DNA of 64,000 bases from Candidatus Entotheonellaceae bacterium. Lineage in GTDB: Bacteria > Tectomicrobia > Entotheonellia > Entotheonellales > Entotheonellaceae. The stretch spans positions 544,001 to 608,000 of the forward strand of contig OZ250173.1 in NCBI GenBank assembly GCA_965238075.1. Reading direction: 5' to 3'. Both the position numbers and the translations under genes were made by a program. The notes under the pieces are model-generated. The model had not been told where the DNA came from and made no database searches. It saw only the letters and a list, made by a program, of their open reading frames with translations. Positions 19,913-31,962 of this stretch are shown piece after piece (positions within the stretch are counted from its first letter, which is position 1; each line of letters opens with the position of its first letter).

Positions 19913-20533
19913 CTAGCTAGACCGCCCAGGCGGCGGCGATTTCGACTGCCAGCGCTGTAATTCAGCGACATACTCTTCTTGGTAATCCATGTCCCGCAGG
20001 ATGTCATCGTTTCCGATGGGAAGCTCCAGCGTATCGTGCGGGTTGCCGCGTGTCACCACATTGAGACCTTGATCCGGCGTCAGGGCCAGCACCGCCGGGC
20101 GATAAACCGCCGCCAGGAGCAAGGGATGGCCGCGCTTACCTCGCCAAACGGGGATGACCAGGCCCTTCTGGGTGCGGGCATGAGCCGCCAGAAGCTGTTG
20201 GATAACCGGGCGACCGATTTGCGGTTGATCGACGAGCGCTAACAGATAGGCGTCCGGAGCGGGATCGAGCGAGCGCAGGGCAACCTGCACGGAGGACGTC
20301 ATGCCAAGCCGGTAGTCCGGGTTGTGAAACAGTCGAACGGGCAAGGGTTCCAGCACCGCAGCGATTTCCTCGGCGCGATGCCCAAGGACAACGGCCACTT
20401 CCGACAAGTCGGCGCTCAGAAGGGGTTGCAGAACCTGCTCGATGACCGTGCGGGAGCCAAACGGAAGCAGGGCTTTCAATTGCCCCATGCGGCGGGATTC
20501 TCCGGCAGCCAGCACCACCCCTGCAACGCGCAT
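19913..20533 (-). CDS. Molybdenum cofactor cytidylyltransferase-like nucleotidyltransferase (MocA family)
   Basis: LAAGESRRMG, LVDQP, RGHP; adjacent to moeA. Confidence 0.85.
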   Translation of the reverse strand: MRVAGVVLAAGESRRMGQLKALLPFGSRTVIEQVLQPLLSADLSEVAVVLGHRAEEIAAVLEPLPVRLFHNPDYRLGMTSSVQVALRSLDPAPDAYLLALVDQPQIGRPVIQQLLAAHARTQKGLVIPVWRGKRGHPLLLAAVYRPAVLALTPDQGLNVVTRGNPHDTLELPIGNDDILRDMDYQEEYVAELQRWQSKSPPPGRSS

Positions 20534-20541
20534 CGGTCCAC

Positions 20542-21852
20542 CTAGCCGGCCACGTACGGCTCGGTTTCAGGATGATCCAGCAGGATGGCGCTCACCGTCT
20601 CACCGGCGGCAAACGGCTCGGCGCGCTTGGGCAGCGCCAGCAGGCCGTTGGCGCCGACCATCGACAGCAGCCGTGCCGAGGATTGCATGCCGGTGCTGTG
20701 GGCCGTGAAACCCTGTGGCGTGCGCGTGAGGTGCACCCGGTGAAATTCAGGCCGCCAAGCGTCACCCTGAAGCTCGGTCGCCAGCGTCACGGGCACGCGG
20801 GGACGCAGGACGTGATGGTGACCGGCCATACGCAGCAAGGCGGGCCGCACGAAAAGCTCGAACGCCACTAATGACGACACCGGAAAGCCGGGCAGCGCGA
20901 AGACGGGCTTGTCGGCCACAGTGGCAAAGGTGAGCGGCTTGCCGGGCTTCATATTGACGCGCCCGAAGTGCACTTGGCCGGTGGTTTCGAGAATAGGCTT
21001 AATGAGGTCCAGCTTGCCCATCGAAACGCCGCCCGAGGTGACCAGGGCGTTGCACGTCGTCAAACCCTCGAGGATTTTGTCGCGCAACGCCTCCTGCGTA
21101 TCACTGCCGATGCCCAGCGAAACGGCCTCCGCGCCGGCACGCTGCACCGCGGCCATAAGCGTGTACCGGTTGCTGTCGCGAATTTGTCCAGGGCCGGGGC
21201 TGGCGTCGGGCTCGACGATCTCGTTGCCGCTGGACAGAACCGCGACCCGCGGGCGGGCATGCGCAAGTATGGTGGTGCGTCCAAGGCTGGCCAGCAAGCC
21301 GATCTCCTGCGGTCCCAGACGCGTGCCGGCCTGCAGAACTTGTTGCCCCTTGGCAATATCCTGCGCCACCGGCCGCACCTCGGCGTTTGGGCTGACCTGT
21401 CGATGCAGGGTCACCATCCCCCGCGCCTCCTCGGTGTATTCCACCATGATGACCGCGTCGGCGCCTGACGGCATCGGCGCACCCGTGGTGATGCGCACGC
21501 AGGTGCCGGGCTCAACATGCAGGTCGGCCACATAACCGGCCGTCTGCTCGCCGATCAAGCGGCGCGGGTTGGTGGTGTCGGCGGCAATCACCGCGAAGCC
21601 GTCCTTAATGCTGCACGGAAACGGCGGCAAGTCCTCGGTGGCCTGAATGCCCTCGGCCAGAATCAGGTCGAGCGCGTCAAACGTCGAGATAGGCCGAGGG
21701 GCCAAGCGGGCTGTCTGCTTGAGAACAATATCGAGCGCCACCTCGGGTTCGATCGTGTCGTAATCACGCATGAGGTCGTTCACTTTGATTGAGGGTCGAG
21801 GCGTGAGAGTCGGTAATCCGTACCTCTCCAACGGGGGCGTATTGTCAGCCAA
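20542..21852 (-). CDS. moeA: Molybdopterin molybdotransferase (gephyrin E-like)
   Basis: PPFPCSIKDGFA, ITTGAPMP, SGNEI, RDSN, SGGVSMG, MKPGKP, LPGFPVS. Confidence 0.92.
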   Translation of the reverse strand: MADNTPPLERYGLPTLTPRPSIKVNDLMRDYDTIEPEVALDIVLKQTARLAPRPISTFDALDLILAEGIQATEDLPPFPCSIKDGFAVIAADTTNPRRLIGEQTAGYVADLHVEPGTCVRITTGAPMPSGADAVIMVEYTEEARGMVTLHRQVSPNAEVRPVAQDIAKGQQVLQAGTRLGPQEIGLLASLGRTTILAHARPRVAVLSSGNEIVEPDASPGPGQIRDSNRYTLMAAVQRAGAEAVSLGIGSDTQEALRDKILEGLTTCNALVTSGGVSMGKLDLIKPILETTGQVHFGRVNMKPGKPLTFATVADKPVFALPGFPVSSLVAFELFVRPALLRMAGHHHVLRPRVPVTLATELQGDAWRPEFHRVHLTRTPQGFTAHSTGMQSSARLLSMVGANGLLALPKRAEPFAAGETVSAILLDHPETEPYVAG

Positions 21853-21887
21853 TTTCCCGAAGCCCGCAACCTAAAAGGCGGTTCGCG

Positions 21888-22703
21888 TCAAGGCCCGAGC
21901 TGGTCCGCCACCGCGGCGCCGAGGGCCACCGCCTCTTGGCAGCCCTGCCGCATCTCCGGCGCGCCAAAGCCGGGGCGCCACGTCGGGTGATAGCACTCGT
22001 CGGAAACCACCAGCAGCGCCGCCACCTCGCAGCCGCGGTAGGCCGCCACCGAAAGCAAGGCCGCCATTTCCATGTCAACGGCCTGCACGCCGGCGGCCCG
22101 AAAACCGGCGATCTTCCCCGCCGTTTCGCGGTATGGCGCGTCCGTGCTCCACAATCGGCCTTGCTTGACACCCACGCCCTGACGCTCCGCCTCTTCCTGA
22201 AGCAGAGCAGCCATCGCCGGCGCCGCCGTTGGCTCGACCCCGGCGGATAGATAGTGGTACGACGTGCCTTCTTCCCGGATCGCCTGCTGCGGGATGAACA
22301 GGTTGCCGATGGTGAGAACCGGATCCAATGCGCCGCAAAATCCGAGATACAGGAACCGCCGGGCACCGAGTGCGATTAGCTGTTCCAACAGCATCACCGC
22401 CACCGGCGCCCCGATGGGCGATGCCAGCGTGGAAAACGCCCGGCCTTCCGGGTTGTACCACGCCTGCCGCATGATCGGCTGCGGCTGCGGCGCAGGCATA
22501 TCCAGATGCCGTAACAAGCGGTGCTGCAGCACCGGGATGAAAGTCAGCAGGACAACCTGACGCACGTCGAGGTCGGCGGGCCCAACCCCATATTGCGCCA
22601 GTACGTGCGCCAGGAAATCCGCCGGCTCGATCCGGGAGGCCGGTTCGACGGACAGGAACTGATCGGGTGTCAATGGAAATGCCTTCCGGTTTGATGCTAG
22701 CAT
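21888..22703 (-). CDS. Nucleoside phosphorylase (PNP/UDP family)
   Basis: IGAP, REEGTSYHY, WSTDAPYRET, VDMEMAAL, VVSD; start uncertain. Confidence 0.85.
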   Translation of the reverse strand: MLASNRKAFPLTPDQFLSVEPASRIEPADFLAHVLAQYGVGPADLDVRQVVLLTFIPVLQHRLLRHLDMPAPQPQPIMRQAWYNPEGRAFSTLASPIGAPVAVMLLEQLIALGARRFLYLGFCGALDPVLTIGNLFIPQQAIREEGTSYHYLSAGVEPTAAPAMAALLQEEAERQGVGVKQGRLWSTDAPYRETAGKIAGFRAAGVQAVDMEMAALLSVAAYRGCEVAALLVVSDECYHPTWRPGFGAPEMRQGCQEAVALGAAVADQLGP

Positions 22704-22736
22704 TTGGCTTTCCCAAATGTTTGGCTTTCCCAAATG
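22703..22736. repeat. Perfect 17-bp tandem duplication
   Basis: TTTGGCTTTCCCAAATG x2. Confidence 0.9.
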
Positions 22737-22843
22737 TAGGGAACAACCAAACTGTGACACGCGGGCACCTGCGTGACAAGCCGCCGCGGCTCGGACGTCT
22801 GTCACACATCCATGCCCTACTCTATTTCACAAAGGAACGCATC

Positions 22844-23359
22844 ATGACCCAGCCTGTGGTAACCGTTGTCATGGGCAGCGCCTCCGATTGGCCGATCATG
22901 CAGAGCGCCGCGGAAATGCTGGACCGCTTTCAAGTACCCTACGAGGTGACGATCAGTTCGGCACACCGTGCCCCGCAACGCACCGGGGCGCTCGCACGCG
23001 ACGCTGCTGGGAGGGGTATCAAGGTCATCATTGCCGGTGCTGGCGGAGCCGCCCATCTTGCCGGGGTGGTTGCCGCCGAAACCACGCTGCCGGTTATCGG
23101 CGTGCCCATTGATTCGTCGTCTTTGCAAGGCCTTGACGCCCTCTTGGCAACGGTGCAGATGCCGCGCGGCGTTCCGGTCGCCACGGTCGCCATCGGCAAA
23201 GCAGGAGCAGCCAATGCCGGCGTGCTGGCGGCGCAGATCGTTGCGCTGACGGCGACGGACGTGTCGGAACGCCTGCGGCACTACAAGGCCGAACTGGCTT
23301 CCGGCGTCGAGAAAGCCGCCGAAACCCTGCAGGCGCAATTGGCGGAAACCGGTGCATGA
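22844..23359 (+). CDS. purE: N5-carboxyaminoimidazole ribonucleotide mutase
   Basis: MGSASD, SAHRAP, GGAAHLAG, VQMPRGVPVATV. Confidence 0.95.
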   Translation: MTQPVVTVVMGSASDWPIMQSAAEMLDRFQVPYEVTISSAHRAPQRTGALARDAAGRGIKVIIAGAGGAAHLAGVVAAETTLPVIGVPIDSSSLQGLDALLATVQMPRGVPVATVAIGKAGAANAGVLAAQIVALTATDVSERLRHYKAELASGVEKAAETLQAQLAETGA

Positions 23360-24021
23360 CGCGTTGTGTCAAAGTCGATCCGCAATGCCCGGCATCGGGC
23401 GTGCTCGACGATGCCGCGTCCATACTGCGGCGCGGCGGCATCGTGGCCTACCTGACGGACACCGTCTACGGCTTGGCAGTGAACGCTCGGCTGCCGCAAG
23501 CCATCGCCGGCCTGTATGCCCTCAAGGGCCGCTCATCCGATAAGGCCATCCCGCTGATCATCGGCGCGCCGGAGCAGCTTTCAGATGTTGCCGTCGCCTG
23601 GCCGCGACGCGCTGAAGCGCTCATGGCGGCATTCTGGCCCGGCCCGCTTACGCTGCTGCTGTCGCCGCATCCGAACCTGCCGGCCACGCTGCTCGGCAAC
23701 ACCGGACGCATCGGCGTGCGCTGGCCAGACTCGCCGCTCAGCCAAGGTCTCGCGCTGCGCGTCGGCAGTGCCATCACCGCTTCCAGCGCCAATCGCTCCG
23801 GCGCTGCCGCCGCCTTGAGCGCCGCTGAGGTGGAGGCACAGCTTGCCCCGGACGTCGATCTTATTCTTGACGCTGGTCGCGCCAACGAACCGCAGGTTTC
23901 GACCATCCTCGATATCACCGTCGAACCGCCACGCATGATCCGTGCCGGCAAAATTCCACAGGAAGCCATTGAATCCGTGCTGGGTTGCGGAATCACGAAA
24001 AACCGCACAGAAAAAGGCTGA
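23356..24021 (+). CDS. tsaC: L-threonylcarbamoyladenylate synthase
   Basis: TDTVYGL, KGR, FWPGPLT, SANRSG, STI. Confidence 0.9.
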   Translation: MTRCVKVDPQCPASGVLDDAASILRRGGIVAYLTDTVYGLAVNARLPQAIAGLYALKGRSSDKAIPLIIGAPEQLSDVAVAWPRRAEALMAAFWPGPLTLLLSPHPNLPATLLGNTGRIGVRWPDSPLSQGLALRVGSAITASSANRSGAAAALSAAEVEAQLAPDVDLILDAGRANEPQVSTILDITVEPPRMIRAGKIPQEAIESVLGCGITKNRTEKG

Positions 24022-24026
24022 AAGGG

Positions 24027-24055
24027 TTGACACTATGGGGAGCGACTCGTATAGT
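24027..24055 (+). promoter_or_regulatory. Sigma70 promoter upstream of rho
   Basis: TTGACA-17 bp-TATAGT. Confidence 0.8.
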
Positions 24056-24537
24056 CTTGCGGAATTCATCCAAACGAACCCCGCAGAGGTTGTTTCAACA
24101 CCACGCTGCCTTGTTTCCCGCAGCGGTCGGCCTATCCGGTACAGGATTTCATTGCACAAATAACCAGCCATCCCAGAGCCATCCGACGAAGGGGTTATAT
24201 CCTCTGCCGAGCGTAAGGATTTCCCTCTGCATGGCATCATGCTTGCCTACGGTAAATGGACACGCCCTTCTCAAGGGATGCGAGTTAGCGCGCGCAGCGT
24301 AGGTTGTGCAAGGGTCCTCATCCATTCTTACCATGGTTTTCATAAATTCCATCGTGGCTTCCCTTGTTCGTCCGGCGTTGTATACCGTCAAGCGGTTCAC
24401 CGACCCATATAAGTGAGGAGTGCCAGTTTCATGGCCTACTGCTGTCACAGTTGCAAGGGCAGTAACCGAGGACAGAATATCCTACGTACGCATGCCCCCA
24501 GCTATATGCATGCGACTTATGGAGGTTGAGAGGACAT

Positions 24538-25833
24538 ATGGCAGTTGAGACCACTCTTGAAATCCCGGCCTTGCACAAAGGGCGCTTGAACATCGTCGAA
24601 TTGAAAGAAATGACTATCGCGGATCTCGCCGACGTGGCCAAGCAACTCCACGTAGGCGGGGCCAGCGGTTTACGCAAACAGGAGTTGATCTTCAAGATTC
24701 TGGAAGCTCAGACGGAGAAAAACGGCTTGATATTCGGGGAGGGCGTTCTGGAAATCCTGCCTGACGGCTTCGGATTCCTGCGGGCGCCCAGTTACAACTA
24801 TCTTCCCGGGCCGGACGATATCTACGTCTCACCCTCGCAGATACGCCGCTTCGACCTCCACACCGGCGACACCATCTCCGGCCAAGTCAGGCCGCCCAAG
24901 GACAGCGAGCGCTATTTCGCCCTGCTCAAGGTTGAGGCCATCAATTTCGAAAATCCTGAACTGGCCAAGGACAAAATTCTCTTCGACAACCTCACGCCGC
25001 TATACCCCGACGCCCGCATTCATCTTGAAACCGATCCTACCGACACTTCAACCCGGGTCATGGACCTGCTGACACCCATCGGCAAGGGACAGCGCGGCCT
25101 CATCGTGGCGCCACCGCGCACGGGTAAAACCATGCTCCTGCAATCGATCGCCCGCAGCGTGACGCGCAATCATCCGGAAATTGTCCTGATCGTGTTGCTG
25201 ATCGACGAGCGCCCGGAGGAAGTCACCGACATGCAGCGTTCGGTCAAAGGCGAGGTGGTGAGTTCGACCTTCGATGAACCCGCTACCCGCCACGTGCAGG
25301 TGGCCGAAATGGTCATCGAGAAAGCCAAACGCTTGGTCGAGCACAAGCGCGACGTGGTGATCCTGCTCGACAGTATCACGCGCTTGGCGCGCGCTTATAA
25401 CACCATCGTGCCACCGAGCGGCAAGGTGCTCTCCGGCGGCGTTGATTCCAACGCCCTGCAAAAGCCGAAACGCTTCTTCGGCGCCGCCCGTAATATCGAG
25501 GAGGGCGGCAGTATGACCATCATCGCCACGGCTTTGGTGGAAACCGGCAGCCGCATGGACGAGGTCATCTTCGAGGAGTTCAAGGGCACCGGCAACATGG
25601 AAATCCACCTCGACCGCCGCCTGGTTGACAAGCGAGTCTTCCCGGCTATCGACGTCAACCGCTCCGGTACCCGCAAGGAAGAGTTGCTGCTTGATGAATA
25701 CGAGCTCAACCGTGTGTGGGTGCTGCGAAAGGTCCTGAACCCGCTGAATACGGTCGACAGCATGGAACTGCTGATCAACAAGATCAAAGAGAGCCAGACG
25801 AATGGCGATTTTCTCCGTTCGATGAACAGCTGA
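24538..25833 (+). CDS. rho: Transcription termination factor Rho
   Basis: [39 protein letters not shown]. Confidence 0.98.
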   Translation: MAVETTLEIPALHKGRLNIVELKEMTIADLADVAKQLHVGGASGLRKQELIFKILEAQTEKNGLIFGEGVLEILPDGFGFLRAPSYNYLPGPDDIYVSPSQIRRFDLHTGDTISGQVRPPKDSERYFALLKVEAINFENPELAKDKILFDNLTPLYPDARIHLETDPTDTSTRVMDLLTPIGKGQRGLIVAPPRTGKTMLLQSIARSVTRNHPEIVLIVLLIDERPEEVTDMQRSVKGEVVSSTFDEPATRHVQVAEMVIEKAKRLVEHKRDVVILLDSITRLARAYNTIVPPSGKVLSGGVDSNALQKPKRFFGAARNIEEGGSMTIIATALVETGSRMDEVIFEEFKGTGNMEIHLDRRLVDKRVFPAIDVNRSGTRKEELLLDEYELNRVWVLRKVLNPLNTVDSMELLINKIKESQTNGDFLRSMNS

Positions 25834-25903
25834 GAAAGCCTGCGGGCGCCTTCCCTCTTGCGAATGCCATTCGGCCTTGGATATCCAAACCCAGGAGAAA
25901 AGC

Positions 25904-26113
25904 ATGAGACCGGACATTCACCCCAAATACATTGAAACGACGATTTCTTGCGCCTGCGGCAGCACCTATGCGACGCGCTCCACCGTTCCCGATCTGCGCG
26001 TGGCCATCTGCTCCAAATGCCACCCGTTCTTTACCGGACGGCAGCGTTTGGTTGATACGGCCGGCCGGGTTGAGAAATTCCAGCGCAAATACGGCCGAAA
26101 GCCGATCGAATAA
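25904..26113 (+). CDS. rpmE: 50S ribosomal protein L31 (Zn-binding type)
   Basis: [28 protein letters not shown]. Confidence 0.97.
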   Translation: MRPDIHPKYIETTISCACGSTYATRSTVPDLRVAICSKCHPFFTGRQRLVDTAGRVEKFQRKYGRKPIE

Positions 26114-26136
26114 GCAGACGCAGGACGGATCGACCT

Positions 26137-27225
26137 ATGTTCGAGAAATTGGAATCCATTGTCCAACGGCACGACGAGTTGAGCGGCTTTCTGAGCGATC
26201 CGGCGGTCCTTGCCGACTCGGAAAAGCTGCGCGATTACGCCAAGGAGCAAGCCGAGTTACGGCCTGCCGTGGCTGCCTATCAGACCTATCAGACCGCCCA
26301 ACAGGACTTGCAGGAATACCAGGAACTCCTGGCCAGTGAAGACCCGGAGGGCGATCTTGCCGGTTCCATCCGTGATGAAATCGGCGTCCTGAAGACCCGT
26401 TTGGAAACGCTGGAAGAGGACTTGCGTCTTTTGCTACTGCCGCGCGATCCACACGACGACCGCAGCGTGATCATGGAGATACGGGCCGGCACCGGCGGCG
26501 ATGAAGCCGCGCTGTTCGCCAGCGATCTGTTCCGCATGTACGGCCGCTATGCCGAATCGCAGCGTTGGCGGGTCGAGGTACTGAGCGTCAACCCCACCGA
26601 AACCGGCGGTATGAAGGAAGTCGTCGCCTCGGTCGACGGCCAACAGGTGTACAGCAAGCTGAAATGGGAGAGCGGCACCCACCGCGTGCAGCGCGTGCCA
26701 GCCACGGAAACGCAGGGCCGCATCCACACCTCAGCGGTCACGGTCGCCATCCTGCCGGAGGCCGAGGAAGTGGATATCGACATCGACCCGGCTGACCTGC
26801 GCATCGACGTGTTTCGCTCGTCCGGCCCCGGCGGTCAAAGCGTCAACACCACCGATTCCGCCGTGCGGGTGACGTACGAGCCGAAAGACCGCAAGGACCT
26901 GCGCATCGTGGTGACCTGCCAGGATGAAAAATCCCAGCACAAGAATCGCGCTAAGGCTCTCAAAGTGCTGCGCGCCCGCCTGCTCGACGTCCTTGAGAGC
27001 GAACACCAGGCGCAACTGTCCAAACAGCGCCGCGCGCAAATCGGCAGCGGCGACCGCAGCGAGCGCATCCGCACCTACAACTTCCCGCAGAGCCGCATTA
27101 CCGATCATCGCATCCATCTCACCCTCTACAAGCTGGAGCAGGTGATGGAAGGGAATCTCGGCGCACTGATCGAGGCCCTGTCGCTTGCCGACCGCGCGGC
27201 CAAACTGGAAGCCGTGGCGTCATGA
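26137..27225 (+). CDS. prfA: Peptide chain release factor 1
   Basis: HRVQRVPAT (PxT), [15 protein letters not shown]. Confidence 0.97.
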   Translation: MFEKLESIVQRHDELSGFLSDPAVLADSEKLRDYAKEQAELRPAVAAYQTYQTAQQDLQEYQELLASEDPEGDLAGSIRDEIGVLKTRLETLEEDLRLLLLPRDPHDDRSVIMEIRAGTGGDEAALFASDLFRMYGRYAESQRWRVEVLSVNPTETGGMKEVVASVDGQQVYSKLKWESGTHRVQRVPATETQGRIHTSAVTVAILPEAEEVDIDIDPADLRIDVFRSSGPGGQSVNTTDSAVRVTYEPKDRKDLRIVVTCQDEKSQHKNRAKALKVLRARLLDVLESEHQAQLSKQRRAQIGSGDRSERIRTYNFPQSRITDHRIHLTLYKLEQVMEGNLGALIEALSLADRAAKLEAVAS

Positions 27226-28100
27226 GTTTGGCGCTCCGCACGGCGTTGCAGGGCGCCGCGCGATGTCTGGAACGGCGCCAGGTTGATGAACCGTTGGCCG
27301 ACGCCGAAGTCCTCCTCGCCGATGTCTTGACGCTGCCGCGCCTGAATCTCTATATTGACGCCCATCGCCCCCTCAGTGACGCGCAGCATCACGCCTATCT
27401 GGCCCATCTCTGTCGCCGGATGCAGGGCGAGCCGGTACAGTACATCACGGGCAAGCAGGAATTCTGTTCGCTAAGCTTTGAGGTGAATCCTCAGGTTCTC
27501 ATTCCGCGGCCGGAGAGTGAGTTGCTGGTCGAGCACGGGGTACGCTGGGCAAGGCAGTGGGCGAAGCGGCATGGAGAATCAGACCTGCGGTGCTTGGACG
27601 TGGGCGCCGGCAGCGGCAATCTGGGAATCAGCCTGTTGCACGAACTGCCGGAATGCCGCGTTGGCGCGATTGATTCCAGCTTGGCGGCCCTGAAGGTCGC
27701 AAGGCGCAACGCACGGCAACTGGACGTCGCCGACCGGTGGTTCGGGCTATGCGGGGATCTGTTGGAGCCGCTGCTCCCCGATCCGTCAGGCTTTGCCGTG
27801 TGCGTGGCCAACCTGCCGTACGTCACCGCAGCCGAGTGGCAAGCATTGCCGCCGCACGTCAAGGACCATGAACCCGTCACCGCGTTACTGGGCGGTACGG
27901 ACGGCCTGGACGTGATTCGCCGCTTGATCGCCACGGCACCGGACATGCTCGCATCCCAGGGTATGCTGCTTCTGGAGGTAGGCTGGCAGCAGGCCAGCGC
28001 CGTGCAAGCCATCATGCGGCAGACGGCGCGGTTCGAGGCCACCGGGGTGCACCGGGATTTCGCCGGGATCGACCGCGTGGTGTGGGCCCGTATGCCGTAG
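27222..28100 (+). CDS. prmC: Release factor glutamine methyltransferase
   Basis: [26 protein letters not shown]; follows prfA. Confidence 0.95.
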   Translation: MSLALRTALQGAARCLERRQVDEPLADAEVLLADVLTLPRLNLYIDAHRPLSDAQHHAYLAHLCRRMQGEPVQYITGKQEFCSLSFEVNPQVLIPRPESELLVEHGVRWARQWAKRHGESDLRCLDVGAGSGNLGISLLHELPECRVGAIDSSLAALKVARRNARQLDVADRWFGLCGDLLEPLLPDPSGFAVCVANLPYVTAAEWQALPPHVKDHEPVTALLGGTDGLDVIRRLIATAPDMLASQGMLLLEVGWQQASAVQAIMRQTARFEATGVHRDFAGIDRVVWARMP

Positions 28101-28180
28101 CCTTTGAATCGCCCTCGCAGGCCGCGCGCGCCTGAATTTTTGTCCATGACGTGTTTTCGTATCAGCAAGGAGCCGTCCGT

Positions 28181-28768
28181 ATGGAACGCCAAAGCACCAT
28201 CCATCGCCAAACCGCCGAAACCGATATTCAGGTGTCGCTCGACCTCGACGGCAGCGGGGTCTACACCGTACGAACCGAAATCCCATTCCTCGACCACATG
28301 CTGAGCATGGTGGCACGGCACGGCTTTTTCGACCTGGAAGTCTCTGCCTCCGGCGACCTCGACGTTGATTACCATCACACGGTCGAAGACGTGGGCATCT
28401 GCCTCGGTCAGGCCTTCCATCAAGCCATGGGAAGCAAGCAGGGCCTGCGGCGCTACGCCTCGGCAAGCGTGCCGCTGGAAGAAACCCTGGCGAGCGTCGT
28501 GGTCGACTTCTGCGACCGGCCTTACCTGGTCTACAACGTCGACATTCCTCCAGGACGCATCGGCACTTTCGACGTCGAGCTGGTCGAAACGTTTTTCCTG
28601 GGCTTTGCCAGCCACAGCCGCGCCACGCTGCACTGCAACCTGCAATACGGCCGCAACCGTCACCACATCGCCGAAGCCGTGTTCAAAGCCTTCAGCCGCG
28701 CCGCCGATGAGGCGACGACTCTTGACACCCGCCTCGCCGGGCTGCTGACAACCAAGGATGCCTTCTGA
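28181..28768 (+). CDS. hisB: Imidazoleglycerol-phosphate dehydratase
   Basis: FLDHML, DYHHTVED, NRHHIAEAVFK. Confidence 0.96.
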   Translation: MERQSTIHRQTAETDIQVSLDLDGSGVYTVRTEIPFLDHMLSMVARHGFFDLEVSASGDLDVDYHHTVEDVGICLGQAFHQAMGSKQGLRRYASASVPLEETLASVVVDFCDRPYLVYNVDIPPGRIGTFDVELVETFFLGFASHSRATLHCNLQYGRNRHHIAEAVFKAFSRAADEATTLDTRLAGLLTTKDAF

Positions 28769-28780
28769 CGGGAATTGCGC

Positions 28781-29470
28781 ATGCTGGCCATTGTGGACTA
28801 CGGTAGGGGAAACCTGAGAAGCGTACAAAACGGCTTCCGCCAAATCGGTGCTGCCGCCCAGGTGAGCGGCGACCCGGAGACGATTGCCAAGGCTGACGGC
28901 GTCGTCTTTCCCGGCGTTGGCGCCTTTCGCGACTGCATGCAGAACCTCGCCGCCCGCGGTCTGGACGAGGCGCTGCGCCAAGTCATCCGGGACGGCAAGC
29001 CGGTGCTGGCCATCTGCGTTGGCATGCAGGCGCTGTTGTCCGAGAGCGAAGAGTTCGGCACCACGCCGGGCCTGGACATCGTGGCGGGTCAAGTGCGCCG
29101 CTTTCCACAGCCGGCACCTCACAGTTCGCCGTGCGACAGCACCACACAGCCTCAATCGCCGCGGCTAGCGCCCACCGCGCCAATCGCCGCGCGCCAGCGC
29201 CTCAAAGTGCCGCACATGGGCTGGAACCAGCTCCACCTGCACCGCCCCTGCCCGCTTCTGAACGGCCTGCCCGAGCGCGTTTATACCTACTTCGTGCACT
29301 CCTACTACGCTATCCCGACTGAGTCCGCGGTGGTGGTCGCCTCCACGGATTACGGGGTCGAGTTTGCCTCGGTGCTGTGGCGTGATAATCTGTACGCCAC
29401 ACAGTTTCACCCCGAAAAGAGCCAGACGTGGGGGCTGCGCATTCTGCGCAACTTTGCCCAACTGCTATAG
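28781..29470 (+). CDS. hisH: Imidazole glycerol phosphate synthase, glutaminase subunit
   Basis: DYGRGNL, PGVG, ICVGMQ, VPHMGWN, YFVHSY, QFHPEKS. Confidence 0.96.
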   Translation: MLAIVDYGRGNLRSVQNGFRQIGAAAQVSGDPETIAKADGVVFPGVGAFRDCMQNLAARGLDEALRQVIRDGKPVLAICVGMQALLSESEEFGTTPGLDIVAGQVRRFPQPAPHSSPCDSTTQPQSPRLAPTAPIAARQRLKVPHMGWNQLHLHRPCPLLNGLPERVYTYFVHSYYAIPTESAVVVASTDYGVEFASVLWRDNLYATQFHPEKSQTWGLRILRNFAQLL

Positions 29471-29484
29471 GAACGCGACCGGCG

Positions 29485-30278
<794 letters not shown>

Positions 30279-30282
<4 letters not shown>

Positions 30283-31379
30283 TCAGAAACCCGTATCGTC
30301 TCGGCCGCCTCGTGCTGGCCGCGGCGCTCAGCCTCCTGGCCCTGCTGGCCGCAGCGCATGCGCAGGACGCGCCGGGCCGTGTTCCCAACCTGCCGGGCGC
30401 GCCTTACGCTTATGCCAACCCTCCCCTGCCCCCACACTTGGCCGTCATTCGAACCAATATCCCCAAGGACAACCCGATCACCGACCACGGCGCCACGCTG
30501 GGGCGCGTGCTGTTTTACGACAAACGCCTGTCGGTCACCAACACCACGGCCTGCGCCTCGTGCCATTTTCAGGAATACGCCTTTTCCGACCCGGAGCAGT
30601 TCAGCACCGGCTTTGCCGGCGTCAAGACGCCGCGCAACGCCATGGGACTGGCCAACGGACGCTTCTTCCAGGCTGACCACTTCTTCTGGGACGCACGCGT
30701 CAGCACGCTGGAAGAGCTCATCCTGATACCCATTCAGAGCCCCATCGAGATGGGCAGCACGCTCGACCAAGTCGTAGCCGAGCTGGCCGCCACGCCCTTC
30801 TACCCGCCGCTGTTCGCCAAGGCGTTCGGCACACCCGAAGTCACTTCACAGCGCATCGCCAAGGCGATGGCGCAATTCCTGCGCGCCATGGTGTCCTATC
30901 AATCCAAATACGACGTGGGCATCGCCAGCGGCTTTCGCAATTTCACCCGGCAGGAGTATTTCGGCTTGCAACTGTTCGAGAATCAAGCGTTGCGCTGTGC
31001 GCGTTGCCACCTGACCGATACGCAAATCCTGATTTTCCCGAGCAACAATGGGCTCGACGTGGTTTACGCCGACAAGGGCGTCGGGTCGATCACCGGGGAC
31101 GGTTTCGACCATGGGCTCTTCAAGCCGCCGTCCTTGCGCAACGTGGCGCTTACCGGGCCGTACATGCACGACGGCCGGTTTGCCACCCTGCAGGACGTGC
31201 TGAAGCATTACAGCTCCGGCATCCAGTCGCACAAGAACCTCGGTTCCTTCCTGCCGGAAAAGGGCGTGAACCTGACCGCCAGGCAACGGGACGCCATCGA
31301 GGCTTTCCTGCACACCTTGACCGACCCGGCGTTTATCACCGATCCCAAATTTTCGGACCCGTTCGCCAAACCGCAATAG
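30279..31379 (+). CDS. Exported di-haem cytochrome c peroxidase/MauG family protein
   Basis: Signal peptide, [47 protein letters not shown]. Confidence 0.9.
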
Positions 31380-31438
31380 AAACGTCGTTAACCGGCCGCG
31401 GCCCACAACGGCCCCGTTCTCGAAGGAGACAAGTCGCT

Positions 31439-31933
31439 ATGGCAAGGTCGCATCTTGTCGTCGAAGCCATGCAGCGGTGCGGCGTCACGCACGTCGTGTG
31501 GCTGCCGGACAGCGAATCGCATTTCATGTACGACGCCCTGAGCGCCTCGCCGCTGCATCTGGTGCCGGTTTGCCGCGAGGGTGAAGCCTTCGGCATCGCC
31601 GCCGGGCTGCACCTGGGGGGCAAGACGCCGGTGGTGCTGATCCAGAATACCGGTCTGTTCGAGTCCGGCGACGTGCTGCGCGGCAACATCCTCAACCTGA
31701 GAATGCCGCTCCTGCTGATGGTGGGATACCGGGGCTACCACGAGATGGTCAGCCAGCAGGGTCCGGTCGATTCCGCCGCCACTTTCACTAAGCCCATTCT
31801 CGACGCCTGGGGCATCGTCCACCACCTGCTCGACACCGATGACGACGTGCCCAAGATCGCCGGCGCCTTCAAGGAAAGCCGCGACACGAGCCGACCGGTG
31901 GCGGTTCTCATCGGCCGCGAATACGATGCGTAA
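31439..31933 (+). CDS. TPP-dependent decarboxylase, N-terminal (ComD/phosphonopyruvate decarboxylase alpha-like) subunit
   Basis: WLPDS, VCREGEAFGIAAG, IQNTG, GYRG; RBS AAGGAG. Confidence 0.85.
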   Translation: MARSHLVVEAMQRCGVTHVVWLPDSESHFMYDALSASPLHLVPVCREGEAFGIAAGLHLGGKTPVVLIQNTGLFESGDVLRGNILNLRMPLLLMVGYRGYHEMVSQQGPVDSAATFTKPILDAWGIVHHLLDTDDDVPKIAGAFKESRDTSRPVAVLIGREYDA

Positions 31934-31962
31934 CGAGCCGATACTGAAGAAGGAAAGCTTTG

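Noticed and set aside
27491-29155. Long antisense ORFs (also 4412-5848, 41158-42393, 46479-47909, 565-1530)
   Set aside because: Shadow frames of well-supported genes in high-GC DNA; no independent motifs.
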